This document shows, piece after piece, positions 44,365 to 54,500 of a DNA stretch of 64,000 nucleotides. Made by a program: the position numbers and the translations under genes. Under the pieces are notes generated by a model. The model had not been told where the DNA came from and searched no databases. It worked only from the letters and a program-made list of their open reading frames with translations. The DNA is from an uncultured Candidatus Peribacteria bacterium (lineage in GTDB: Bacteria; Patescibacteriota; Gracilibacteria; Absconditabacterales; Absconditicoccaceae): the NCBI GenBank assembly GCA_964387665.1, contig CAYLWY010000001.1:10075-74074 (forward strand). The letters run 5' to 3'. Position 1 is the stretch's first letter. Each line of letters starts with the position of its first letter.

Positions 44365-45657
44365 TTAGAAATAGAAGTTTTTAGCGGAAAGTACTAGTGG
44401 GGTATCGTGGGCTACTATTTCAAATTCAAACCCTTTATATCCCGCTCCGTAGTTATGCTGAATCCAGGACGATGCTCCAAACATTGACATGACGTTTTTA
44501 TATCTAAAACGTTTGGCGTACTCTTCATTGCTACTGTGTAAATCGCCCTTTATCAAATGGATACACGCACGTTCTTGGCTATATTCAAGATGTTTGCCCA
44601 ATCCATAGTAATCGATATATTCAGAAATGAACTTCTCTGTATCTGGATCGAGTTTCATTGGAAATGGGCGTTTTCTATATCTATCGTCCTTACCGTGGGT
44701 ATATATAAATCTGTGCATACCGTAAGCTTGGTGGAACATGAAATCCCTAGTAACGAAAGTTTCTAAATCCGGAAACTTTACATTTAAATATTCCTGTAAG
44801 GCCCGGGCCGCTACATACATGCCAAAACCACCGTGGTTGTCGTTACAAGCTACTGTGTATTTCAGTTTCTTCGTAACCCCCATTTTATGTATAGCGTCAA
44901 ATAAAGTCTTATGAGCGCCTACGTATAGGTCAAACTGATCGGTATCTTCTAAATACTGGTCTAACCCATGCCCTCCCCGAGTAGTTACCCCTCCTACCCC
45001 GTCAATTCCGTCTCCTAAGTCTATGAAGTTAATAGTATCTATTTCTCCAACAAAACCATATACTAGCTGAACCGCTTTCAGGGTTTCTTGAAGTCTCCGC
45101 TCGAACTCCGTATTATCATAATGCGAATCAAAAAGTGGCCTACGAAGTAAAGAGCCGGCGTGTTTATCTGTGGTATAGATATGTAGTGCATACTTCGTAG
45201 CGTTGTCTTTAATTGTAGGTAATTTTACGGGAACGATATTCTCGTCAGTTACCAACACTCGGACCTTATCTATAATATCTTCTTGGAACTTTTGTAAGTC
45301 CGCCAACTCTGAATCAAATTCGTATGAGTGTAGCGTTACAATTTCCCCGTCTTTTGTACGTTGTTCCCAAGCGCGTCTAGGTTTTACCCCATCATATTTG
45401 TCTGGAAATTTTGTAGGAACTGCTCCTAAATCGAGAGCTCCAAGGGCGCTATCAACTTTTTCTGCCCACTCTTTCTCTACGGGAATTCCGGGTAACCATT
45501 CTTTTTTGTTTGGGTATTTGGACCTGAATTTCCTTAACCAACCACGTAAGCACTCTCCATTCTCACCGTAAGTGTCGCTGTATTCAGCGTACGTCTTTCG
45601 TTTTCCCTGAGATACGTCGTTTAGGTACTCTTTTAAAAACGCAATTCTTTTGCTCAT
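44365..45657 (-). CDS. calcineurin-like metallophosphoesterase (430 aa)
   Basis: The motif series is TTDKHAG (DxH), IDLGDGIDG (GDxxD), CNDNHGG (GNHx) and YTHGKDD (GH). The start was moved to ATG 45657, just past the upstream stop. Confidence 0.7.
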   Translation of the reverse strand: MSKRIAFLKEYLNDVSQGKRKTYAEYSDTYGENGECLRGWLRKFRSKYPNKKEWLPGIPVEKEWAEKVDSALGALDLGAVPTKFPDKYDGVKPRRAWEQRTKDGEIVTLHSYEFDSELADLQKFQEDIIDKVRVLVTDENIVPVKLPTIKDNATKYALHIYTTDKHAGSLLRRPLFDSHYDNTEFERRLQETLKAVQLVYGFVGEIDTINFIDLGDGIDGVGGVTTRGGHGLDQYLEDTDQFDLYVGAHKTLFDAIHKMGVTKKLKYTVACNDNHGGFGMYVAARALQEYLNVKFPDLETFVTRDFMFHQAYGMHRFIYTHGKDDRYRKRPFPMKLDPDTEKFISEYIDYYGLGKHLEYSQERACIHLIKGDLHSSNEEYAKRFRYKNVMSMFGASSWIQHNYGAGYKGFEFEIVAHDTPLVLSAKNFYF

Positions 45658-45673
45658 ATTTTTGGTGTTGTTG

Positions 45674-46852
45674 TTAACAAGTTCCTCCAGCGCATCCGCC
45701 ACCCCCGCCAGAAGAACCGCCACTTCCTAACGAATTAGGATACGTGCCTCCTGCTGATTGAAGTGCGGCTGTGTTACCATCGCAACATGCCTGGATTTGA
45801 CCCTGCAAGATAGTAACTTTTTCTGATAACTCCTTAAGTTTTTGTTGTAAATCGCAAATAATATCACCTTGCCTTTTAAAAGCTTCGTGTACGGTAACTT
45901 CAATTAAGTTATCTCCGCATTCATCGGAGCACTCTCGATATTGAATCTTATTTAACTTATCAAGTATTTCTAAAATATCACACAGCTCAGATGCGTGTAC
46001 TGCAATAATTGCTTTTATATCTGTATTTGGGTACTGAATCTTGTCACAACCTAATAGTTGGAGATTTCTCAGTTGGTCCAATCCTTGCTTTGTATCGCAC
46101 ACTTGCGCAGCGACAAGTGCGTTAAATGTCTCTTGCGTAAGTAGTCCGACCCCCTGTGCATAATCTTTTATAGTAAAAGCCTGCCCGGCAGCTTGCGACA
46201 CTGCGGAAGGTACTACCAACGTGTGTACCATATCAATGGTACCGTTTGGGGAATTTACACGTACTTGAAAATCGGCTACAATTGGAAAGCGATCGTTCTC
46301 TACATGAATAGACGCAGCCGGTTGGGAAGATGTTGCAATGACTGTTTTTCCATTTTTCATCTTACCAGAAACCGTAACCGACATTCGACCTAATGAATAC
46401 CCGGCGGGTAATCCAGAAATACCCGAACTCATGTCATATCCAAAAGAACTGCCGACAGTCGCCGGTTCTACGAAATATTGATAACCCCTGCCTAATAGAG
46501 ATACGCCGTCAACTGACATAGAATTACCCCCGAGGCAGTATAACGGTCCGGAATGAATAATATCGGCAGAAGTTAGGGTACATATCTTATCTATTAAGAT
46601 CTGAACCGCTTCTGGAACCGGAACTACCGGATCACACGTATTACAACTATTTGTATAAAGGCAATGTAGGGATACTTTTTGGTCCAGCAAAAAACGTAAA
46701 CGCTCTATGAGGGCCATAGTTACTTGGCTATAACGAAATCCGTTATATACATTAACGATTTCCATATCAGGGCCGGTATAGATGATGCACTCGTCTCCGT
46801 GCTCTTCCATACATCCACAACCTATACAATCTTTATTTAAACGATTAGCCAT
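45674..46852 (-). CDS. Cys-rich virion protein (392 aa) with Gly-rich C terminus
   Basis: The N terminus carries DCIGCGCMEEHGDEC and the C terminus reads SGGSSGGGGGCAGGTC. Confidence 0.7.
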   Translation of the reverse strand: MANRLNKDCIGCGCMEEHGDECIIYTGPDMEIVNVYNGFRYSQVTMALIERLRFLLDQKVSLHCLYTNSCNTCDPVVPVPEAVQILIDKICTLTSADIIHSGPLYCLGGNSMSVDGVSLLGRGYQYFVEPATVGSSFGYDMSSGISGLPAGYSLGRMSVTVSGKMKNGKTVIATSSQPAASIHVENDRFPIVADFQVRVNSPNGTIDMVHTLVVPSAVSQAAGQAFTIKDYAQGVGLLTQETFNALVAAQVCDTKQGLDQLRNLQLLGCDKIQYPNTDIKAIIAVHASELCDILEILDKLNKIQYRECSDECGDNLIEVTVHEAFKRQGDIICDLQQKLKELSEKVTILQGQIQACCDGNTAALQSAGGTYPNSLGSGGSSGGGGGCAGGTC

Positions 46853-48450
46853 GTTCCTTCGGTTCTTAAATCATTTGATGGGCCTATACCTACAAGTCTA
46901 CTAACGTGCCCAGCCGAGGCCAAAATAACTGGATCTAGTGAAGGTACGTCTCTGACGGTATCATCTATGTACTCACCTATTGCGGAGTAGATATTGACCG
47001 CGTCCGCGCCTACGTTTTTAATCGTAATAGACTGCCCTTCTAAAGATGATGGGAGTACTACCGTTACGGGTACGCCTACTCCAGGTTCTACCATTACTAA
47101 ATTGTGGCGCTTACTGCTAAACGAAAGTGTGTTTAGGTTTGTATCAGCAGCCACGTAGAATATTAAAAATTGCGGAACCTCATGTGATGTTTCTAGTGCC
47201 TGAAGGGCTTGTTTTACAGTTACGTTATCTGGAATAGTAGTTCCTGTAAACGTCCCGAGATTTGCCGCATTTGCCGCGACACCACTCAGCGTAATAAGGT
47301 TCGTTACGTTAGTAGCTGAAGCCTTTGTCTCCAAAGAAGTTTCTAGCGCTTGAAGGGCTTGTTTTTCGGTCTGATTGTCTGGAATAGTAGATCCCGTAAA
47401 TGTTCCCAAATTGGTAGCGTTAGCCGCTACTCCACTTAACGTAATGAGGTTGGTTACTCTAGTAGTTTGGGTTGAAAGGTCGCCGTCTAGTTCGTTTATG
47501 GCAGCCTGCACCGTAATAGACGCAATAGTACCGGCTGGTACATTCGTTACATTACTAGCTGTGTAGTCGCCGTTTGCCGCCACTACTGCCCCAGTTCTGC
47601 CGAAGACTGATGATACTGGGCTTGGAGTACCTTGAACTCCTTGCGGTCCTTGAGAACCCTCCACACCTTGCGGTCCTTGGGCTCCAGTTGCACCCTGAAC
47701 GCCTTGCGATCCCGCCGGTCCCTGAGCGCCGGCGATTCCTTGGGTTCCTTGTGGACCAGTTGCGCCTTGAGTTCCTTGGGAACCTGTAGAACCTTGAGGG
47801 CCTTGTGGGCCGGAAAGTCCTTGAGTTCCTTGAGGGCCTTGTATTCCTTGTGGACCCGTAGAACCTTGCGCACCGGTCGTACCTTGAGGTCCCTGAGCGC
47901 CTGTAGTTCCTTGTGGCCCTTGCGAACCGGCGTCTCCTTGTGGGCCCTGTGCTCCCGTATCACCTTGGGTTCCTTGTGCACCTTGGGGTCCGACAACTCC
48001 TTGAGTTCCTTGTGGACCTTGCGCGCCGGCGATAACCCACGGATCGTTAATAGATCCAGATCCTGGTATTGGATTTCCTATTGAATCTACTAAAGATATA
48101 CAGGAACGAATATCGCAACACGTTTGAGTTTCCTCAATCTGGCTTACCCAAACGTTGTCTGATAAATCATCCCCGGAAGTAGATGTGCTTACTGTCGCGG
48201 TCATCTCAAACGATGTCGGACAGTCGCCTTCATAAATAAGGCAAATTTCTATAGTCTCTTCTTGGAGTGGGATTAACGTTCCGACAGTCCAAGTAAGTAC
48301 ACTGAACGAACCCGTGCTTGGGGTAGTGCTATCTATTACGAATCCCGACGGAATGGTTAATACCATTTCTACATCGTCCGCATTGGTAGTTGGGTGGGTA
48401 TTGCGTACCGTTCTAGTAAAGCAAAATATCTCACCGGGAGTAAGTATCAT
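46837..48450 (-). CDS. collagen-like fibre protein (537 aa)
   Basis: There are 45 uninterrupted G-X-Y triplets (aa 142-276), followed by two 50-aa tandem modules. Confidence 0.85.
   Translation of the reverse strand: MILTPGEIFCFTRTVRNTHPTTNADDVEMVLTIPSGFVIDSTTPSTGSFSVLTWTVGTLIPLQEETIEICLIYEGDCPTSFEMTATVSTSTSGDDLSDNVWVSQIEETQTCCDIRSCISLVDSIGNPIPGSGSINDPWVIAGAQGPQGTQGVVGPQGAQGTQGDTGAQGPQGDAGSQGPQGTTGAQGPQGTTGAQGSTGPQGIQGPQGTQGLSGPQGPQGSTGSQGTQGATGPQGTQGIAGAQGPAGSQGVQGATGAQGPQGVEGSQGPQGVQGTPSPVSSVFGRTGAVVAANGDYTASNVTNVPAGTIASITVQAAINELDGDLSTQTTRVTNLITLSGVAANATNLGTFTGSTIPDNQTEKQALQALETSLETKASATNVTNLITLSGVAANAANLGTFTGTTIPDNVTVKQALQALETSHEVPQFLIFYVAADTNLNTLSFSSKRHNLVMVEPGVGVPVTVVLPSSLEGQSITIKNVGADAVNIYSAIGEYIDDTVRDVPSLDPVILASAGHVSRLVGIGPSNDLRTEGTWLIV
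47186..47465 (-). repeat. tandem 150-nt (50-aa) duplication within the fibre gene
   Basis: T(R/N)VTNLITLSGVAANA(T/A)NLGTFTG(S/T)TIPDN.T.KQALQALETS occurs twice. The DNA units start near 47191 and 47341. Confidence 0.8.
47623..48027 (-). repeat. collagen G-X-Y coding repeat (45 triplets)
   Basis: The run GAQGPQGTQGVVGPQ...GPQGVQGTP was read directly from the translation. It generates spurious ORFs in other frames and on the other strand. Confidence 0.9.
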
Positions 48451-49682
48451 ATTTCTTTAATTCCGCACCACCGCTCGTCGTACCATCCTTTCAAGGCGAT
48501 TAGGTGGGCTCCGATTATTGGGATCTTGGGATCGTCCCACCAGTATTCCACAATACGAGCTTTTTGAAATCTACCCGTATATTGTGGTCGTATAAACCGC
48601 GCCTGCTTTTCGTTAGTATAATATTCGAACGACAGTAAGTTAAAAAACTTTTTATGTGTAGGGTCGGCGAATGCGCCATCTCCCTTTACGCTAGGTACCT
48701 CTAATAAGAGGAAGCCACCTGGAGCTAATACCCGGAACGCCTCGTTGAAGAAGTGAATTGGGTCTTCTAAATGTTCCAATAAATGGTACGCCCTAATAAC
48801 GCCTATACTATCGTTGGCAAAAGGCCATGGCCCTTCTAAATCGACGATAATATCCGCGTCTAGTAAATCTACTGATTTATAACCTACGGGACAATTAAAC
48901 CGCCCGCCTAAATCAATAGCCGCTAACCCCTCGTCTTTGGCCCATCGTAAATACATCTGCTCTGCGTATTTAACGTAGTTCCGATCGACCTGTTCTTGAA
49001 CTTCTCGGTTCTTATTGTCCGCTGAGGTGTTATCACCATGGAGTCTATAATAATACAAACACTTATCAATGTGTTTGAAACCCCTCTCGCCGTACTTTAT
49101 GTAAAACCGGCAACAGAGATCGTGGTCATCCCCCACTTCTAGAGGCATATATTCCAACGTCTTATATGCCGAAGCCCGATACGCGCGTACGTGATTTGGA
49201 GCCCACCAAATATTTCTAAGATAATGAGCCGTAGCTGGAAACGCTACGTTTTCTTCGAACCCCTCTTCGGTTACACGATGTGTCCAACCAAAAGCTTTAC
49301 CGTATGTTAAAAAAGACCCGTCATTACGGACCTCTATTGAATTGGAATATACATACTGAACCGCTTCATCTTCGAAGGCTTTCGAAACTTCTTCTAAGGC
49401 CGTCGGTAAAAGCTCATCATCATAATCTAATTCTACTAAAATATCTCCTTTTGCATAATTGCAGCAAGCCCACTTTAAGGCTCCGATATTTCCGTTATCT
49501 TTTGGGTCTGCCGTTATCACCCTTGCCCATGGTACGATTTCTTTAACCCAAGAGGCCCGGGCTTGCCCGTTTACTAGTAAAATCCATTCGACCTCTCCTT
49601 TGTAGGTCTGTTTAGAAATACTGTCTGCTGCGAGGCGTAAGAATACATTTTCTTTGTGAATTGGTGTGAATATGGTTATCAT
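48447..49682 (-). CDS. bifunctional GT2 glycosyltransferase / class I SAM methyltransferase fusion (411 aa)
   Basis: The N-terminal GT-A signature is ITIFTPIHKEN...SKQTY...EWILLVNG...VELDYDDELLP...GDDHDLCCRF. The C-terminal methyltransferase signature is AIDLGGR...HLLEHLEDPIHFFNEAFRVLAPGGFLLLEVP. Confidence 0.75.
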   Translation of the reverse strand: MITIFTPIHKENVFLRLAADSISKQTYKGEVEWILLVNGQARASWVKEIVPWARVITADPKDNGNIGALKWACCNYAKGDILVELDYDDELLPTALEEVSKAFEDEAVQYVYSNSIEVRNDGSFLTYGKAFGWTHRVTEEGFEENVAFPATAHYLRNIWWAPNHVRAYRASAYKTLEYMPLEVGDDHDLCCRFYIKYGERGFKHIDKCLYYYRLHGDNTSADNKNREVQEQVDRNYVKYAEQMYLRWAKDEGLAAIDLGGRFNCPVGYKSVDLLDADIIVDLEGPWPFANDSIGVIRAYHLLEHLEDPIHFFNEAFRVLAPGGFLLLEVPSVKGDGAFADPTHKKFFNLLSFEYYTNEKQARFIRPQYTGRFQKARIVEYWWDDPKIPIIGAHLIALKGWYDERWCGIKEI

Positions 49683-50278
49683 GTTTCAAAAATTAAGTAT
49701 CCCATATAGCCATCATTACTATCTAGTACTGTGGCAGTAACGCTGCAAGATACAACTTCTTTTGATTTTGAAACAAAATTTATTTTACCAAAAACATCAC
49801 GTTTATCATTCAAGGCAGATAGTAACTCGAGTACATAATCTTGGTCTTGATCTAAGAAGTTATGCCAGCCCATCCCGCTCAGTTCTTCTTTTGTCGATTG
49901 TAACCGATTGGCGAATGTTCTATTTATGTAGAAAAAACGCCCATTAAAATCGCACATAAAAATTCCATATGGGTGTAGGTCCATACCTACATGGGCTTGT
50001 GCCGCTAAGCGGCGGACCAACTCCTCCGTTCTCGTCAACGAGTCCTTTAGAGATTGTCCGCCATTTCGCTTTAATTCATGATTTAGAAGTTCCTTTAAAT
50101 CGCCAAGATCTTTCTCAACCTTTTCATACTTTAGATTGCTTTGTGATATTTCTTCTATTCCTTTGTAAATCAACCGTATTGGCTTCCACTTTAGCTCGAG
50201 TATTATCAGGGCTGCTAATACAGCCCAGGAACCAAAGAGGTCCCATAAATATGGTAAAATTTTTATAATCTCCTCCAT
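49679..50278 (-). CDS. membrane-anchored PAS-domain protein (199 aa)
   Basis: It has an N-terminal hydrophobic helix (WAVLAALIILEL) and a coiled-coil linker. The PAS-like core reads PYGIFMCDFNGRFFYINRTFANRLQSTKEELSGMGWHNFL...VSCSVTATVLDSNDGYMGYLIFE. No output domain is present. Confidence 0.65.
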   Translation of the reverse strand: MEEIIKILPYLWDLFGSWAVLAALIILELKWKPIRLIYKGIEEISQSNLKYEKVEKDLGDLKELLNHELKRNGGQSLKDSLTRTEELVRRLAAQAHVGMDLHPYGIFMCDFNGRFFYINRTFANRLQSTKEELSGMGWHNFLDQDQDYVLELLSALNDKRDVFGKINFVSKSKEVVSCSVTATVLDSNDGYMGYLIFET

Positions 50279-50312
50279 ATTTCATTTTTACGGCTTTGGG
50301 TTTGGTTTTAAA

Positions 50313-50801
50313 TTATTCCTTATTTCTAGCCGCTAAAATCTGTTTTTTCTTCTCTGTAGTATGTACGCCCGTAAGTGCCATAACCACAGCAGTTAACCAA
50401 AACATGACTTTGGCTAAAATACCAGTAGTGTCATTAATAAAACAAGAATTAGTAGCCACTGTAATGAACTCGTTGGTTGGTGAATCCGTTACCTTGAATA
50501 CCCAAGTAGCTATACCACCTTTATCTGCAAAGACTATGCCATCTTCGTCGTTAACCCACGTTCCTACAAGCGAATCCGCAATAAACGTATTTAAATTAAT
50601 ACTGTCTCCGGGGCTGACGTGTACATAATGATCAGCAATGACATTCTTTTCCCAATCTGAGCATACCACGCCTTTATTCGTGGCCTCTGTAAGTAATCCC
50701 AATAAAGCCAAAAGGCCCACTGAAATCATACCAAAAATCTTAGGGTTTCGGACTTTGAAAAAATCCGCAGCCCATACCAATAACGTATCGATTAGTAACA
50801 T
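50313..50801 (-). CDS. two-TM membrane protein (162 aa), holin-like topology
   Basis: The TM segments are IFGMISVGLLALLGLL and ILAKVMFWLTAVVMALTGV. The C terminus is basic (EKKKQILAARNKE). Confidence 0.55.
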   Translation of the reverse strand: MLLIDTLLVWAADFFKVRNPKIFGMISVGLLALLGLLTEATNKGVVCSDWEKNVIADHYVHVSPGDSINLNTFIADSLVGTWVNDEDGIVFADKGGIATWVFKVTDSPTNEFITVATNSCFINDTTGILAKVMFWLTAVVMALTGVHTTEKKKQILAARNKE

Positions 50802-50819
50802 CTGTTTGTATTTTATAAG

Positions 50820-51035
50820 TTACGCCAGCAACGCTAGCAATGCTTCAATTTGATCTCCAGTTAAAACTACGCGCTCCCCGTCCGAGTTTTTCAAGGCAAG
50901 GTAGCCGTCGCAGCAACTAATGCCACAACCACACTTTGCCTCTTCATCTAGGATATCACGAAATTTTGTAATCTGTTCCCCTTTCTTGTCGAATGCGACG
51001 CCGGGGATAAATACTACACCTTGGTTCTTTGCCAT
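50820..51035 (-). CDS. small Cys-cluster protein (71 aa)
   Basis: Track ORF containing the motif KCGCGISCCDG. Confidence 0.55.
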   Translation of the reverse strand: MAKNQGVVFIPGVAFDKKGEQITKFRDILDEEAKCGCGISCCDGYLALKNSDGERVVLTGDQIEALLALLA

Positions 51036-51046
51036 TTCTTAGGTTT

Positions 51047-51505
51047 TTAATTAATTTGTATATTAAGCGCAGCCTCTGGGCACAATCCGGTACACGGATC
51101 ACAAGAGTCGTGGCACTCTATTGGACATGGGTTAGCGAAGCATATGTACACATTTCCAGTAGCACTTAGTATGTTACACGGACATGTTACCTTATACTTA
51201 ATTACTGGATATTCGTTGAATTCGTACCAGTCTAATGTAGTTCCTGTCAATTCGCCGGCTGCCGACACCGCGACACCGGTAAAGGCGTCCGTGTCATAGG
51301 ATACCAATGAGTAGACAGGTACGCCGCAATCGCAAGCCGTTAGGTCGTTGCCTACGGTTAGGTCGATTGTGAATGCCTCCCCGCAAGGATCAGGACCGCT
51401 ATCGCAAGGTAGGCGGTAGCTGCTCACCACCAAACAGTCATCACAGGGTTGTGATTCTGGGGTTGGGGGGATATTGTATTGTAAATTTCCGCAATTACAG
51501 GGCAT
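51047..51505 (-). CDS. Cys-rich virion protein (152 aa)
   Basis: It starts MPCNCGN and ends NPCPIECHDSCDPCTGLCPE. Confidence 0.65.
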   Translation of the reverse strand: MPCNCGNLQYNIPPTPESQPCDDCLVVSSYRLPCDSGPDPCGEAFTIDLTVGNDLTACDCGVPVYSLVSYDTDAFTGVAVSAAGELTGTTLDWYEFNEYPVIKYKVTCPCNILSATGNVYICFANPCPIECHDSCDPCTGLCPEAALNIQIN

Positions 51506-51508
51506 GGG

Positions 51509-54500
51509 TTATTGTTCGCAATTAAAGAATACGGCTTCGGTTTTCTCACAACCATCTACAACAATTCTGATACTAGCAGAACTCGGTGCTGTTGGTGGTG
51601 TGTATTCAAATACTGGGGCGGTGCCATTGTACAGAAGAGTAGCGGATGTACCTACGATTAAGTAAACCTGCATGGCTTTTGGGCCTACAGTACCGTTTGT
51701 AACTACTAGCGTACCTACTGCTCCTGGACCATTACCACTTCTACATTCAATCGCCAACGTAACCTGGTCGGTAATATCCTCGCAGCAATCATCGAAATTG
51801 AACGTAGTTAGTAACAGGTCATCGCATCCAGATGTACTTGCTGATCTAACGGTTACAGAATAGGTTCCATCTAGCGTTTTAGTCACCGTTTGGAGTCCTG
51901 AAGAACTTGCCGTTATCGTCTTTGTCGCGATTACTGTACCCGAAGGATTTTTCACTTCGAAGATAGTCGTAATAGCTGAATTATTCGTCAGCGTCAGTCT
52001 AATCTGTGTAGCCTCTATACATTCTTGCTCTACCAAGAAGTCGCCTACTTCCAAATTTCCGCAGCAATTTAAAGTTACGTTAGTATCAGTAACTGCGCAG
52101 GTTGGATCCGCATTCAGCGAGAACGTAATGTCGACAAGTGTATTCTCTGGGAACGTAACTGTTCCAGTACCACCTGGAGCTACGTTAGCTGAGCCTAAAG
52201 AGGTTAGTGTACCTGCGGCGAATACTTGTAGCGTAGCTGAGGAGCCAAAGTTATTCGTACCTCGTACGTATGCGGTGCTACCTGAACAACCAGTGTTTAG
52301 GAGTAGTTTCGCAGCGGCTGAAGAACCGGCTGGGTCTAGCAATTGCGTATCAGTTATTCCGACACTATCACTTAATCTTACTACATTGACTGTAATAGGC
52401 TCTGGGCTTACTGGGTCGGTAATACCGGTAATAGTTACCGTTGGTCCGTAGAAAGTACCAGAAGCTAATGACGCTGGGACAGTATCAAGAATATCATAAG
52501 ACTGCTGAACCAAGGGCCCTGCATTAGTCGTAATAGTAACTGAGAAGGTTCCGGAAATATCGCAAGATGCTTTAGACATACTGAATACCCCCTCAAACCT
52601 TTCGCAATCGCCCGGCACGTCAATGTCACAAATGTGGCAGACATCTTCTACAAGTCTAAGTCCTACAGAAGTTACCGGTGATGGTGAAACGATAGTACCT
52701 AGCGCTACCAGAGGAATAGTTCCGGCTGCTGCCGTAACCACTGGGACTGAATTGAGTACCGCACCGTTTACGAGAACTCGGTATTGAGGATTACCGGCCG
52801 CCATTACGTCGCATGTAATTGTGATGTCTGAATCGAAGTCAAACTCCGTACAATTAGTAGCTGGGTCAATCGTATAAAGTAAATCAGAATCTTCCAAGTG
52901 GCAGAATACTAATTTAGTGGGCAGCTCGCCGGGGCCATAACATGAGTATAGGGCGGGGGTTGCACAACCACAATCTACTGATACTCTGTGATATTGGTTG
53001 TAGCTGATTCCTTCGGCTAAGTCCGCCTTTGCTACCCAGATTTTCTGGTCAGTCGGAGATGGCGGGATAACCGCCGTTCCATACTCATAATGGAAAGCTG
53101 CGTTAGAGGTGGCCAAGGCTTGGGTAGTTCCTTTTTGGAATACAAACAACGGTGCTCTGCATTGAGTTACTTTCGTAAACTGTAAGCCCATATCGGCTGC
53201 GTCGAACGCTGCGATAAACTGAGTAAAGTTCTGTAAACCAAGACTTTCGAATACAATCGTATCGCCTTGTAGTTGGTACTCACACTGGTTCGCTAAGGTC
53301 AGAGAGCCGGTAAAGAAGTACACTACTTTAGAAATTCCTGTTGGATTTCCAAGTGGGTCAAATCCGGGGAATGCGTGCGTAAAGTTACGAACTGAAGTAT
53401 CGTCGCCAATCAAATCTGATGAGATATTAATAGACGTCGTCTGCTCTGAGCCGTTTGTGAAATAAACCGTTCTACGCAATCTAATATCTACCGCAGTTGG
53501 AAGTACTGGATTTCCAGAGGGGTCTAATACGGTTGTCAAAAGAGGTAAATCATTCCAATCATCACTTCCCAGATTTCCTACACGTAATGTAGTTGTTGCT
53601 GTGGCTCCATATCCAGGGCCGGCAGCGGTGGAGAAATCTACGGCGATAACTAAGTCTTCACAACTACAACAATCTTTTTGGGACAGCGTAGCCACTAATT
53701 CACACGTATCATCGTCTTTGCCTACAATCAATAAGTCTTTACAACCCTCTTTGCCGCAATCGAAGTTTTCTGGAGGACATGGTTGGCATAAACCACCTTC
53801 GCAGAAGCAGTTAATACCGCAATCTCCGTTGTTCTCACAGTAGTTATTTCGGCAAGGATTACCCATACAGATACCATCATCGCAATAACAGCCTTCTGGG
53901 CATGGGTCGCTGTCACAAGTATAGGCTTGGCATTTTACGCATTCTCCGCCGTAACAGCCGCAATCAACACCGTCACAATTATCTGCATTTACACACGCCT
54001 CTTTACAAGGGGATGGTTCGCAGTTATTATCTATACAATCACAACCCGCGGCAAACGCGCATTGGTTGCCTTCGCAAACTAAATCTTCACAAGAAACGCA
54101 GTTACCTTGGTAACATCCGCAACCGGGGCCGCAATCGTTACTTGACAAACACGCCCCAACGCAACCAGAAGGTGCGCAGTTTATGCCTACGCATTCGCAC
54201 CCACTAGTTTGGGCACATTCCGTAGTTTGGCAAGATGCCGACTCGCAAGGGTAGCAATACCCTTCGAAACAACCGCAACCCTCACCGCAATCACCTCCAT
54301 TATGGCAAATACCATAGCATGGGTTTGGTTTACATTGGCCGTTGTCGCAATAGCAACCTTCCCCACAATCTACATTGGCATCACAAGCTCCGAAACAGGA
54401 GGTACAAACGCAAACGTCCCCCGCAATGGGGATACAGTTTTCAACACCAGGACATGCCGGGGCGTCACAATCGCATTCTTTTTGGCAACAAGGGAAAGTA

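Noticed and set aside
47186-47465. The tandem 150-nt repeats, and the 90-nt repeats at 60000-60167, could be CRISPR-like or regulatory repeat arrays.
   Set aside because: Each has only two copies, in frame, inside coding sequence, and they diverge mostly at synonymous or conservative positions. They are protein-domain duplications, not spacer-repeat arrays.
47583-48084. ORFs 47583..47996 (-) and 47632..48084 (+) have highly repetitive Lys/Arg/Leu-rich translations.
   Set aside because: These are alternative-frame and antisense readings of the collagen G-X-Y repeat. The GXY frame belongs to the long 537-aa ORF.
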